From: Dimorphilus gyrociliatus
Lineage: Eukaryota; Animalia; Annelida
Assembly (NCBI GenBank): GCA_904063045.1
Contig: CAJFCJ010000030.1
Coordinates: forward strand, 124,001 to 188,000
DNA: 64,000 nucleotides
Direction of reading: 5' to 3'
The position numbers and the translations under genes are program-made. Under the pieces are notes generated by a model, which saw nothing but the letters and a program-made list of their open reading frames with translations, was not told the origin of the DNA and did not search any database. Positions 11,461 through 22,674 of the stretch are shown here, piece by piece. Numbering within the stretch: the first letter of the stretch is position 1; each line of letters starts with the position of its first letter.

Positions 11461-13834
11461 AGTGAAACTATCGATTTTAAATCTTAATTAGCCAGATATT
11501 ACAATTCCTCTAGCTAAAAAATTAACAAGAGCGTAGGAACGGAGTTATTTTCTTTTTGTATTGAACACTGCTTATTGATTCTTTGTTGCATAGGATTGAA
11601 TATAAACTTAACCAAAGTCTGTTTATAAGGCAGTTGCGCATGCGTACCGAAAAGTTTACAAAAGACATTAATCAAAATTGATAGTTTTTGGACAAACTCA
11701 TTATTGTTTTTCTTCCCTGATTACCAGCCTAAGGAGAATATAAAGAAGGAATATGATTATATAAGAAATTGTTTATATAGCTTTACTCTTCAGTTTTCAC
11801 TTATGTTTTAATTAAAATAATTAAAAAAACTATAAATTGATATTAAGCGAATACTTGATTAGTAAATTATTTGTTCTACTTATTGACTGCAATTGTGTTG
11901 GCTCGGATATTCATTGGCTATTTTTGTCGAATAAATTAAATAAACCGGAAATTGAGTACCGTCTAATAACGACGCTTTAGATGAAGGATAAGATATAGAT
12001 AGGAAATAATAAAAACGATAAAAAGAAGATAAAGGCGATTTTTAGATCATTTTCTACTACTAGGAATTCGCAATCTGTACAATAGATGGCGCCGACATTC
12101 ACACTCAATTTGGTTATCATGGAAACTATCGTTTCTCCACCAGACTTAACGCTCTCTGTATTGATTGCTTGGTCGAAAGAGCGCGAAAAAAAAACAGGAA
12201 TATTGATTGATCAATTATTTGTAAACGAACGATGGAGAACTAAATTTTCCGGCTCAATTCTTAGAATAGATAAACATGCGGAAATACTAATAACAACAAT
12301 AAATAATACCAAACAAGGCTATAATTTAATTATCCCTGTTTAAATATGATATATAAACTAATCAAAAATTCAACGTATCTACCAATCGTATTAATAAGAA
12401 CCGAGTCCAATTTTTTTCGATTTCTACCATATATTAACGAGGGAAGACGCACTGCTACTTGAAATGAAGGTAATTATCGTAATTCCAGACTTCTATACCG
12501 AGCATACGACAACGCTTAACAAAGTGATGTCATTTAAGGTTTCTTTTTTAAATAATATTTCTGAGTACAATGTAAAAATACTGCAAAAAGAAATGAAACA
12601 TATTTAATATACATATGTATAAATATATATATATACTGTATATACATCAATATTTTGTTTATTAATCTAATTTCTCTTCATTTCTCTTCATTTCTCTTCC
12701 ATGTTTTCGTACACTTACTCAAATGCATACATATATTCTATCTGTCTATCTCTCTCTCTCTCTCTGCCTGTCTCTTACTCTTTCTAGTACCCCCTACCTC
12801 TTCTTATATCTTCTCTTGCACCTTTCTTCTTTATGTACTCTTTTTCCTAAAATCGAATATAGCTAAGCGGATAAGGGTAGAGTGCCATACAAAATAAGAG
12901 TAAAGAATAGAAAACGCTGACCGGTTGTTGGAATTGGAGAAAATTTCTTTATCTTAGTTTAAAGTTAAGTAAGAGCAAACATAAATAATAATAGGAATTG
13001 TTTTTTTAAAAAAAACTGTTATATTACTTTATTTACATATATGAATATTCAGAGATTAGATATAATATGAAAATGACTGTATTAGTTTAAAATCATAATG
13101 ATCTTAATTATAATAGTACTAATAGTAAATCGTAGTAGTGTACTTCTCTATCATTGTATTATTTTGCACTGTGTTCTATTTGGTCCTTTACGATTTATTG
13201 ATCAGACAACATTCGCATTTGCTTTTCTGTTTCTCTCTCTCTCTCTCTCGACCTCACTCTCTCCCTCCCTTTTCTCTTTTAGAGTTTTCAGTCTATTTTA
13301 TAAATATATGCTCATGAATAAAATATTATTGATTTTCAACATCCGTAAACAGCTTCGTAAACCCTTTTCTCTCTTTTTTGCTAACCTCACCAATTCGCGC
13401 GTTAAGTTATTTAAAACTAATTAGAAGGAAAGAGAGGAGCAGATAATGATTTCTTTTTTATCTTTAATGTTTACATGCTATTCACATTCTCTATATATAA
13501 ATATATACAGTGTATATAAACCAGTCGTTAAGATATAAATGATGATAAATGTATGTCTTCAAAATATAGAATATATGCAAATTCATACATTTATTTGTTA
13601 AAATATCAGTTATATGTTTTGTTTGCGGAGACGACCTCTCGAATTCCGCTCTTGGCACAACGCTTGTTTTAGAAATGAGCAGACAGTAGTTTCATATTTT
13701 ACATAGAAAAAAATGCGTATACTATTAAATAAACACTGGAGGTAACCAAACCTTGACTCTGAGGGGTGCTGACTAGGGAATCATAAGATACAACCATACA
13801 TTTTAAGTGTATATTTATTTGAATATTATTCAGT

Positions 13835-14333
13835 TTAAGTTTCGTTTGTTCCCTAAGTATAATCCTCAATTTTTGGGGTTGTTTTTAAGTCGTTAATGTT
13901 GCTTTTCTTCTTACTTACGTACTTCATCTTCGAAAGACTTGGATTTCTGTCCGGATGATCTTTTCTTCCGACCTTTTTCAAAAAAGCCTTTAGTAAATCT
14001 ACTGGAAGTGAGATTAGCCGATTTCTTCTCATCGTCTGTTCCGCTATGGTTAGCTCTAACATCGGAAGTGTTTGGAGAGGAACTCTGCTGAGCTACTTCA
14101 ATTGCTGGAGGTGAAGACGAATAGGCTTCCGAACCAAAGGAGACAGTTTCTATTTGTATACTGGAGCAGTCCGGGCTCATAACGACTTTCACCCTTTCTT
14201 CGTCATTCTGTATCGTAGCTGACAGATGGGAAAATTGAGTGTGAGAACGTCTAACTAGCGGATAATCGGCGTAAGTATTCTGTTTTCCATTCGAGACGGG
14301 TGTTGTATGGATGCGCGTAGAACCGCACCCCAT
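13835..14333 (-). CDS. Small, probably disordered protein with an N-terminal MGCGS lipidation motif (about 143-146 aa)
   Basis: ATG at 14333 gives MGCGSTRIHTTPVS..., S/T/P-rich with a basic tail (KGRKKRSSGQKSKSFEDE). Donors lie at 13922 (GTACGT) or 13918 (GTAAGT) with an acceptor at 13853 (66-70 bp intron), giving a final exon of only a few codons. Confidence 0.65.
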
Positions 14334-17300
14334 GCATAAATGAGGAAATGTGCTTGTTGCGCCATACAGCAAGCCGAAATTTTGATCGACAGATGGCGCT
14401 TTTTAATGTCCCTTTTGCAATTTGCTTTTAAGGCAAACTACTGTTGGCAGGAAGATTGAAAAATCTGATATCCAATAATTTTTCATCTCCATTCCCATCA
14501 TACTATCTATATATCAAAATACTATCAATTTTAGTACGTAATTGTTTGTTTAGCACGCAGGTGAATGATAAACAAACTGGCAAACTAAAAAATGTTTCTA
14601 TACCATTCATGTGAAAAACATTCTAGTATATTTAGTTAGGAGATTTTTTGTTATAGAATAAACTTGTGTAGTTTATAGAAGGCGTTTGATCTTATTTATT
14701 CAAAAATAAGGAATTTATATTTAAAAACAGTAAACTATTAACAATTACTATGAATATTGATAAATAGCAGACATTTCTTTCAATACTATATTTATTCAAC
14801 ATTTGCTTTTCCAGTATAATCTCTTTCTTCTACTTCTCATAAAAGATGACATTGCAAAAAACCGAATTCAATTATCACAATTAACCGGAAGTTTCAAAAT
14901 ATAAAAGATAATTGGATTATTTTTATAGTTCAAGCATTATATCATAAATCTTTTGTTTAATGCTTTTGTTTCTAAAGAAACAGAAATCTTTTCATCTTGT
15001 AAATCGTTTTACATGAGAGAGGTAAAGCAGAAAAGAAAAATAGAGCACTTGGGAAATTTTTCCCTTCCTTTCTAGTCTGAAAAGTCTTATAAAATTAATG
15101 AAGTTGATATGCTAAAACTTAATTAAAAATGATTGTAAATTGAAATTTTCTACTATATTATCTAAAGAACAATGTAATAGGTTTTTGTTAAAATAATATA
15201 TTCAGATTGTAACGACAACAAGAGTAGAAATTTTGAAAGGAATGTTAAAAAGACACTATTAGGAACTATTTAATAAAAGTCAAGTAAAATTAACCAAATT
15301 ACTTATAAATATAAATGGATAGAAAGGATAGAAATTATATGATTTGGAGTAAAGAGAACAAGAAGTCAGCTTTATCATGTTATGCATGACTGATAGATCG
15401 TTTTCTATAACGATTTTTCGTTTCTTAATAATTTGTTAGCTACTTGACGTTGTACTGTATTCTTTTATACTTTCTACTGTACTAATCGTAATGCTCTCCG
15501 TATTATTTACTTTCCGGCTTCTAAAAGCTTTTGTTGTGGCGTTTTCTATAATTGTACTGATTTCGATGGTGTCCTTGTTTTATATATAAGATTTACTGTA
15601 TGCAATTTATATAGTAGACGCTATATATCTATAAATGTATGTCGTATATGAATACTTGATTACATTTATAGCCTTTTGCACTATTAGAATATATATAAAA
15701 TACTAATTATGTAGATTTATCGATTTAGGCAATATTGTACTAATTGTAAATTCTACCAAAACTGCAGAAATGTATTATTTTCTAGGAATTTTCTCTCTTT
15801 CTAACCTAGTTTACTCTTTTCCCAACGAAATGAAATAAATAACGATTATTCAGTATAGATAATTCATTTATTTGCATACTTTAAATAGACGTATATGGAT
15901 GTTACATTTCTCTTCATTGTAAATAAATAGTGCAAGTATTACATTCGTTTTTAAACTTATTGATATACACATCACCCTCTTTAGCAAAGAAATGCCTTTA
16001 ATCTTCACCATTTGATCATATGAATGGCACTGATGTAAGAGATTTCATGCACTGACTCATTTCTTTGCAAGTCTGGCATCCTGTAAGAGTTTCATCATTT
16101 CTCGCTTACTCGTCTTAGAAATACTTTAATTAACCAGTTTATAGGTGTACAAGTATATTCAATTGCACAAATTTATATGTTATAGTACATAGGTGAGTAT
16201 ATCTTTCTTTAGAATGGCAATTCTTTGTAAATGTCAATGCAGTTCTTTTGGGGGAATACATCAGAAATATGTGAATTGGTTATTTTATATTAGTAAATGT
16301 AATTGAATGATATCTCGTCTTCAGAAGAATACGAGTCAATGACAAAAGAAGATATCCATGCTACTTGTGTAAGAAGAAAGTTGATGTATGGAATTAGTGG
16401 AATGAGGAGAAGAAGAAGAAGAAGAAGATAATAATGACTATGATAGTTTCAAGTTATAAAAATATATTTTATTTATATATCGTTTATTTTTATAATTGAT
16501 CGTGCGAATATATAATTTCCCTGCTATTATAGGCTAACAGATTTCTGAACAAACGTTCCAATGAGCCTTTCTGCTTCAATTAGGGTTTGGTAACAAGGAT
16601 GGATGCATTGGACTGTATCTAATGATCAATATAACCTTAGGCACTATTTATTATATAGTAAATTATATATTATTCACGTTTCGGAAAGAAGGATTTGGTA
16701 TATATTGATTTTGTAAATATAAAAATTAAGTGTGATTATATAAATGATTATAGAAGGAGAGAGAGAGAAAGAGAGAGAGTGAGAAAAAGCGAAAATGCAA
16801 TGAAAAATTAATCCAACTAATAGGAAATGTTTGGGAAAAGAAGACGCCTTATTAGAAGCTCTGAGAAAATTTCTATATGATCTAAAATGAACAACGTCTA
16901 TTACGGCTAAGTGCTTCAAAAATAAAAGAGAAACAACTAGGTTTATCTTCTCTTCCAGGAAAAATGCTAAATTGACATTGAATTTACTATCATTATCCTC
17001 TATTCTAAATTGTTTGTTCTTTTTTACTTTTGTTAGACTATATCTATAAATGACGCTAAATTATAATCATATTAGTATTTAGATGAACTTGAAAATGTAC
17101 TATTTATACATTTATATAAAATATATACGAGTATTCATTTTATTAATACATTAGAATAATAAGAAAGGAGGACAGTAAAGTCTGTTTCTTTAGTAGAACA
17201 CCTTATGCTTTCTTTATTGATTCCTTCCTTTACTTTTTTTCTTCTAGTTTTATCATGCATAAGTAATTGTTTCATTGTATGGATACGCCATCTTCAGTCT

Positions 17301-17927
17301 CGCAGAAGCTAAATAATTGCTCCATATACATATACTGTTTATATATAAAAGTTAAATATAAACAGATAATATACTATGTATACTGTATGTTAAATATAGA
17401 TTTTACTCTTAACTACTTACGTCATGTTTATGAGAAATTGTAATAAGGAAAAAAGGATACTATACAGCTACATCGTATTCTGAATGATAATAATATATTC
17501 ACTAGTGTATTGTTACTAATTGACATTCCTTATTTTTACATTTAGAATAATATGAATTAGAACATGTGAACAAGCTATTCAAGCATCATTACATTTTAAA
17601 GTATTTAATTAAAAGTACAAGAATCGCATATCAATTAAACAATTAAATACTTGTAATAATACATTAGATATCTTTTTCAGCTACTTTAGTATACTCTATC
17701 TATATACAGCATATGTAAATAATATCAACTGTATACAAAAGCAGAAAACAACAATGCATATCTAGTTATTTTTATCTTGATTTTCAACTGTTTATTGGAC
17801 AAATTAATTAAAAAAAATTAAAATATAAATAAGTTAATTAAGTTTATTACTTCATTAAGTAATTTTATTTTTAATATTAGTTTGATATTCTCTGAATGTT
17901 TCAGCGTTTATTCCTTTTATTTTCTTA

Positions 17928-18845
17928 TTAAATGTTCTGTTTTTTAAAACGACAATGATTTATTATCAAGGTTATTTCCTGACGTATTGAATGTCTACTA
18001 TATCCGTATATAATTGGATCAAAAATCGGTGTTAATAGGACAACTATTCCACCAAATAGAAATGATTGATTAGTGTGTGTAATCCACTTTTTTTTCTCTA
18101 TTGTTTTGTTGAAAAGAATCAAGAATTGGGTTATTAAGAAACTCCAAGAAAGAAAATTATAAATTAATAAAGTTATTAACGTATAGACATTTTTTAAATG
18201 TATTCCTTTTGTTGAGTTTGTTTGAGATGCTACTTGTTTCTTTTGCTTAATTACTTCTCTTATTATTGGAATGTGGAGAATAGTGCAAGCTACTATAATA
18301 GTTATCATATGAGACATCCAAATTATAGCTTGCCTTTCTGATTGATATGTAAAGAAATTGCAATTCTGACTAGTATAATTCCAAGAATATCTGGGATCGG
18401 TTATATATGACGAAGCATAAGGTAAAGATGCCAAAATGACACTATAAACCCAAAATATTAGTAAAGTTAACATAATTTTCCTTGGAGTGACGAATTGAGA
18501 ATATTTAAAGGGATAAACAACAGCGAAAAATTTATCAAATGTCATAAGAAACAATGTTAAAAACGACACTATAATAGCTCCAATTATAGCTTGATAAACT
18601 GCACAACATTTCCAATAGGTATTAGCCCAGTTGTATTTGTCAAATACTCCAAGAGCTGGAAAACTTAAAATTCCATAGATTGTATCGGATAAACATAATG
18701 ATACTAGTCCATAATATCCTACTGATCTTAATGGTTTACGAAATATAATTAAAACCATAACAAAAACATTAAGAAATATGCCAACGATGATTATAAATGG
18801 TAGAACGAAATTTTTAATCACTTCAAAAAAGTTATGATCTGCCAT
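17928..18845 (-). CDS. Intronless class A (rhodopsin-like) GPCR, 305 aa
   Basis: Seven hydrophobic segments; TM1 GIFLN, TM2 SLCLSD, Cys at the top of TM3, TM3 end FDKFFAVVYPFKY (DRY variant), TM4 W, TM7 DPIIYGY, helix 8 IRQEI. Confidence 0.9.
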   Translation of the reverse strand: MADHNFFEVIKNFVLPFIIIVGIFLNVFVMVLIIFRKPLRSVGYYGLVSLCLSDTIYGILSFPALGVFDKYNWANTYWKCCAVYQAIIGAIIVSFLTLFLMTFDKFFAVVYPFKYSQFVTPRKIMLTLLIFWVYSVILASLPYASSYITDPRYSWNYTSQNCNFFTYQSERQAIIWMSHMITIIVACTILHIPIIREVIKQKKQVASQTNSTKGIHLKNVYTLITLLIYNFLSWSFLITQFLILFNKTIEKKKWITHTNQSFLFGGIVVLLTPIFDPIIYGYSRHSIRQEITLIINHCRFKKQNI

Positions 18846-19084
18846 AATGTTTCTGTTTTTGCTATTTCTAGTCTAGCGAACAAACTTTCTCTTGCTATTC
18901 TTAATATCTGAGGAAAATATGCGGAGATGGATCCGATCTAATTGTCGCAACTTTATATTAGATAGATTTGACTGCATTAGGAATATGCATCTTCATATTT
19001 TATATAATGTATAGAATAGATCTTAATATATTAAAAATTCATATAGTAAGTAATTTGATGTCGAATATTTTCAATATTTAATCA

Positions 19085-19984
19085 TTATTTACATGATTTT
19101 AAAGAAATTTTGCGTAGAATTGTTACCAGTTCACACCTGAACGAAGGCCTACCAAAGCCATAGACTATCGCATTAAATAATGGTTTAAATAGTAATAAGC
19201 TCATCGTTATGATTATAAGTTCATCTTTATCCACTTGATCTACCCTCCTTTCTATCGACCAATGTACTACGCGTAACGAGTTGATAACTTGAAAAGTTAT
19301 TACTATAAGATTATAGAATACAAATATTACAAACATTATCGAGGTTTGTCTAAATCTAACAACATTTCCCATAGGTTGTATAATGTTTCCTCGCTTTTCG
19401 ACGATATTTTTAAAGGTAAATAGGTATAAAACCAGAATCAAGCAGGCAAGGATTAGTGCATGAAAAACTCCTGTTAGAATATATCCATTTGGTTGATACG
19501 TAAAATAATTGCAATAGATACTGCTACTATTATTTGGTATTTCCAATTTTTTAAACAAGCCAAAAATAGGTACAATACCATATATAGTTGGATAAATCCA
19601 ACATACGGATAAAGCGATTATCACTCTTCTTGATGTAATTAACGTTGAGTATCTAAACGGATATCGAGTTGCGATAAATCTTTCTAAAGTTGCATAAAAT
19701 ACCGTTAAAATATTTGTAAAATACGTAACGGTGATAAATTGATAAATTATAGTGCAAAGAAGATGATTATTTAACCAAAATGCAGTACCGTATGAATTTA
19801 TAGCAGGAAGGACCAAACAGCAGAAGATAATATCGGATATACATGTTGATATTGTGCAATAATTTTGTATAATTTGTAATTCCTTTCGAAAAATGAATAA
19901 TAAAATTAGACCACTGTTTAGACCAATAGAATTAAATATGACAAATGGTATGATATAATCTCTAGAAATATCAAATAGAGACAT
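19085..19984 (-). CDS. Intronless class A GPCR, 299 aa, probable tandem paralogue of 17928-18845
   Basis: Seven TM segments; GLN in TM1, CISD in TM2, LERFIATRYPFRY at the TM3 end, shared ECL2 C-N-[FY]-F-T-Y-Q motif, TM7 NAIVYGF, helix 8 FRCEL. Confidence 0.9.
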   Translation of the reverse strand: MSLFDISRDYIIPFVIFNSIGLNSGLILLFIFRKELQIIQNYCTISTCISDIIFCCLVLPAINSYGTAFWLNNHLLCTIIYQFITVTYFTNILTVFYATLERFIATRYPFRYSTLITSRRVIIALSVCWIYPTIYGIVPIFGLFKKLEIPNNSSSIYCNYFTYQPNGYILTGVFHALILACLILVLYLFTFKNIVEKRGNIIQPMGNVVRFRQTSIMFVIFVFYNLIVITFQVINSLRVVHWSIERRVDQVDKDELIIITMSLLLFKPLFNAIVYGFGRPSFRCELVTILRKISLKSCK

Positions 19985-20020
19985 AGTTCTTTTTTATACT
20001 GTTTTAGTATCAAATAAAAT

Positions 20021-20051
<31 letters not shown>

Positions 20052-20366
20052 TACGATACCATAACATTTAGATGTGATATAGTTTCTGCCAGTATCTCGA
20101 ATCATTTACATAACTTATCCAATTTGTAAAATTATGCTATATGGTTTTTATATCAATAAATTATATTGAATTAAAGATAATAAATTAAGTGATCTCTTTC
20201 TCTCTCTCTCTCTGTTTGTCTTTATCCTCCTTTTATCCTTCAATTTGTTTTTTCAATTAGACAGCCGTTACATAAAAAGATATTTGCCTTGTTTAAAAAG
20301 GCCAACATAAAAAAACGCTTAAATTAAATTACCAGGGTTTGAGTTGTGTATGGAAATTTCTTTAGA

Positions 20367-20369
<3 letters not shown>

Positions 20370-20422
<53 letters not shown>

Positions 20423-20438
20423 GACAGAGAGAAAGAGA
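20370..20438. repeat. (GA)n microsatellite with GACA interruptions
   Basis: Long GA run upstream of the tandem GPCRs. Confidence 0.95.
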
Positions 20439-22674
20439 GTAACACGATTAAAAGAGTCTGTTTTTAATTGTTTTTCTTTTAGTCGTTTTTATTTTCCCAG
20501 GGTTCGAATCTATTTCGTTTTAGCCAATTTATAACTAGACTTCAAACAACAACAACAACAAAAACACTAATTTCTAAACGAAAGAACTATTCAAGATATT
20601 GAACTTATTTATAAAATAAACATATAGTTTATGTTTATGAGGGGTTTTTTTTGTATATTTTGCATACTTTTATCAGGACTAGTTATATAAGTACTTTGGC
20701 TTATAAATTGAGTTTTTTTTGTTTTTTTGTAAGCGTACATTAACAGTGTACAGTAAAATTTGTTTAAATATACTGTATAATATAGGTATTACTTGGTAAA
20801 CAACATTTCGACAGCTGTATATATACAGTATATAGCTTTATATGGAAAGTTGTATAAATACATAAATTTAAGCTTTATTTTGAAAGAAAAGCCATATTGC
20901 ATATTTTTAATGTATAATTAATTAAATTATTATTAAAGAACAAAACATAACTGAACAAATCTCATATTTTAGGCTAATAGATTTAATTATAATACGATAT
21001 TTATACTAATATGTGATGGAGTATTGAATTCTTAGTTTTCGCTATTATTCAACAACATTTCTCTTATTTTAATTATTAAAAGTAAAGAAATTAAATAGTG
21101 AATTATTTATATAAAATGAAATATCTTAATTATTAAAAATTGCAATTTTATTTTCAGTAAATCCTTAAGTATCACATGACCTTTAAGAGACTTGATCTAA
21201 TAAAGCCTCTCAAAGATTTATACAATATACAGCAGTTTAAGCCTTGATATCAATGTTGTGCAACCAACAAAAGAAAAAAGTAAAAAAAAGCTTTTTAAGT
21301 AAACTATTTTTCTTAGTTTGTCATTCTAAAAATAGACCAAGTAACGATTAGCATAGCCTTGGCAAACGTTACGTATTTACTTAATGTGATTTCCAAGCCT
21401 GTATTGTGGTACGTGCAAGTATGCATCAATTTTCAAGGTCGATTAAAGTAAATATAGTCTAAATACAATAGTTTTGACATTTTCTAGTTCATATCAGAGA
21501 AAATCAGCAGAAATAAAAGTTTTATAATAAAAAATAGAGTATTTGCAATTATTTCATACAATATAGATTTACTTGTTATTATTAACATCATTGTTATTAC
21601 TAATTTTCATCTTGGCATTAGGTCGAATATGCAATAAGATATATAATAGAAAGAGAATAGAAATCAATAAACGCTACCCTAATTCTTTTCAATTATAAAT
21701 CGAGAGTTTAGTAGATTATTCTTTGTGAAAGATTATTCATGCTGATAACAGCTGTCACGACCAAATAGTCTATACGAAGGATTACACCATTAACAGATTG
21801 GTCTGGAAAGGGAGATAGATGGGTAGGAGAGGGAGAGTGCGAGAGACTAATAGCAGAATATAGAATAAGAACTAGATAAATATACAGAAGGCATAGGAAA
21901 AGGGTTAATAGGATAAAATTAACCAGTCTTGTTACTAAAAAGAAAAGTAAAATAGAAGTCTTTTTTTTTTCTTCTTTTCTGTTTCTGGTAAATTGAAAAA
22001 AGCTTACGTAATCTGAAAGGATATAAATGGGTTCAAAAATAGAAAGGAAAGGATTAGGGTAGGGATATGAAAAGGGAATTTAGTAGATGACTAATACATT
22101 TAACAGAAAGGATAGCTTTTTAAGTTTTAATGAAGTATTACAAATGATTCTATTGAGGCGTATGGAATTGTAAAATCTGATTCCATATATGTATTTTTGA
22201 AAGTTATTTGTATGTAAATCAGTGACGGTATGTTTCAGTAAATTTTCAGACATCATAATATATGAATGAACTGTAACAAATATACAAAGAATTTCTATAG
22301 AATATAGAATAAAAACAAAGACTCGAATGTGTATATGTTGTTGTGTTAAACGAAAAAATAAACGCATGCGCTAAATTGAATCTATAAACAAAGACGAATG
22401 AACAGTGGCAAAAATTTAAATCAGTAAAATTTTAAACACTAGCGGGAAGGAAAGAAAGGAGGTTAAGAGAAGTTGGCGTGGAGGGGGTACGGGGTGGGAC
22501 ATTGGCTACAAGATTTCTAGTCTCTTCGGCCGAAGTATATGCAGTTCACTAAAATGTTCGTAAACTAAAATAGTCTGCTCACTCATTGTAACTAAAAAAT
22601 ACGGCATAGTAGCTTCAGCGTAAGTTTAACAAGCGAAATTAAGCCTACCATAATTTTTTTAAAGATAATATTTG

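Noticed and set aside
11461-13852. Joining the MGCGS exon to the coiled-coil ORF as one gene
   Set aside because: The donor phases (0 or 1) do not fit the phase-2 acceptors before 11460, and a typical 66-70 bp intron already leads to a nearby stop.
15950-16440. Exon-like fragments on the plus strand (for example RIRVNDKRRYPCYLCKKKVDVWN)
   Set aside because: No consistent start or splice chain could be built and no family was recognised.
20496-20515. GGTTCGAATC resembling a tRNA T-loop
   Set aside because: No acceptor stem, D-arm or anticodon arm can be folded around it.
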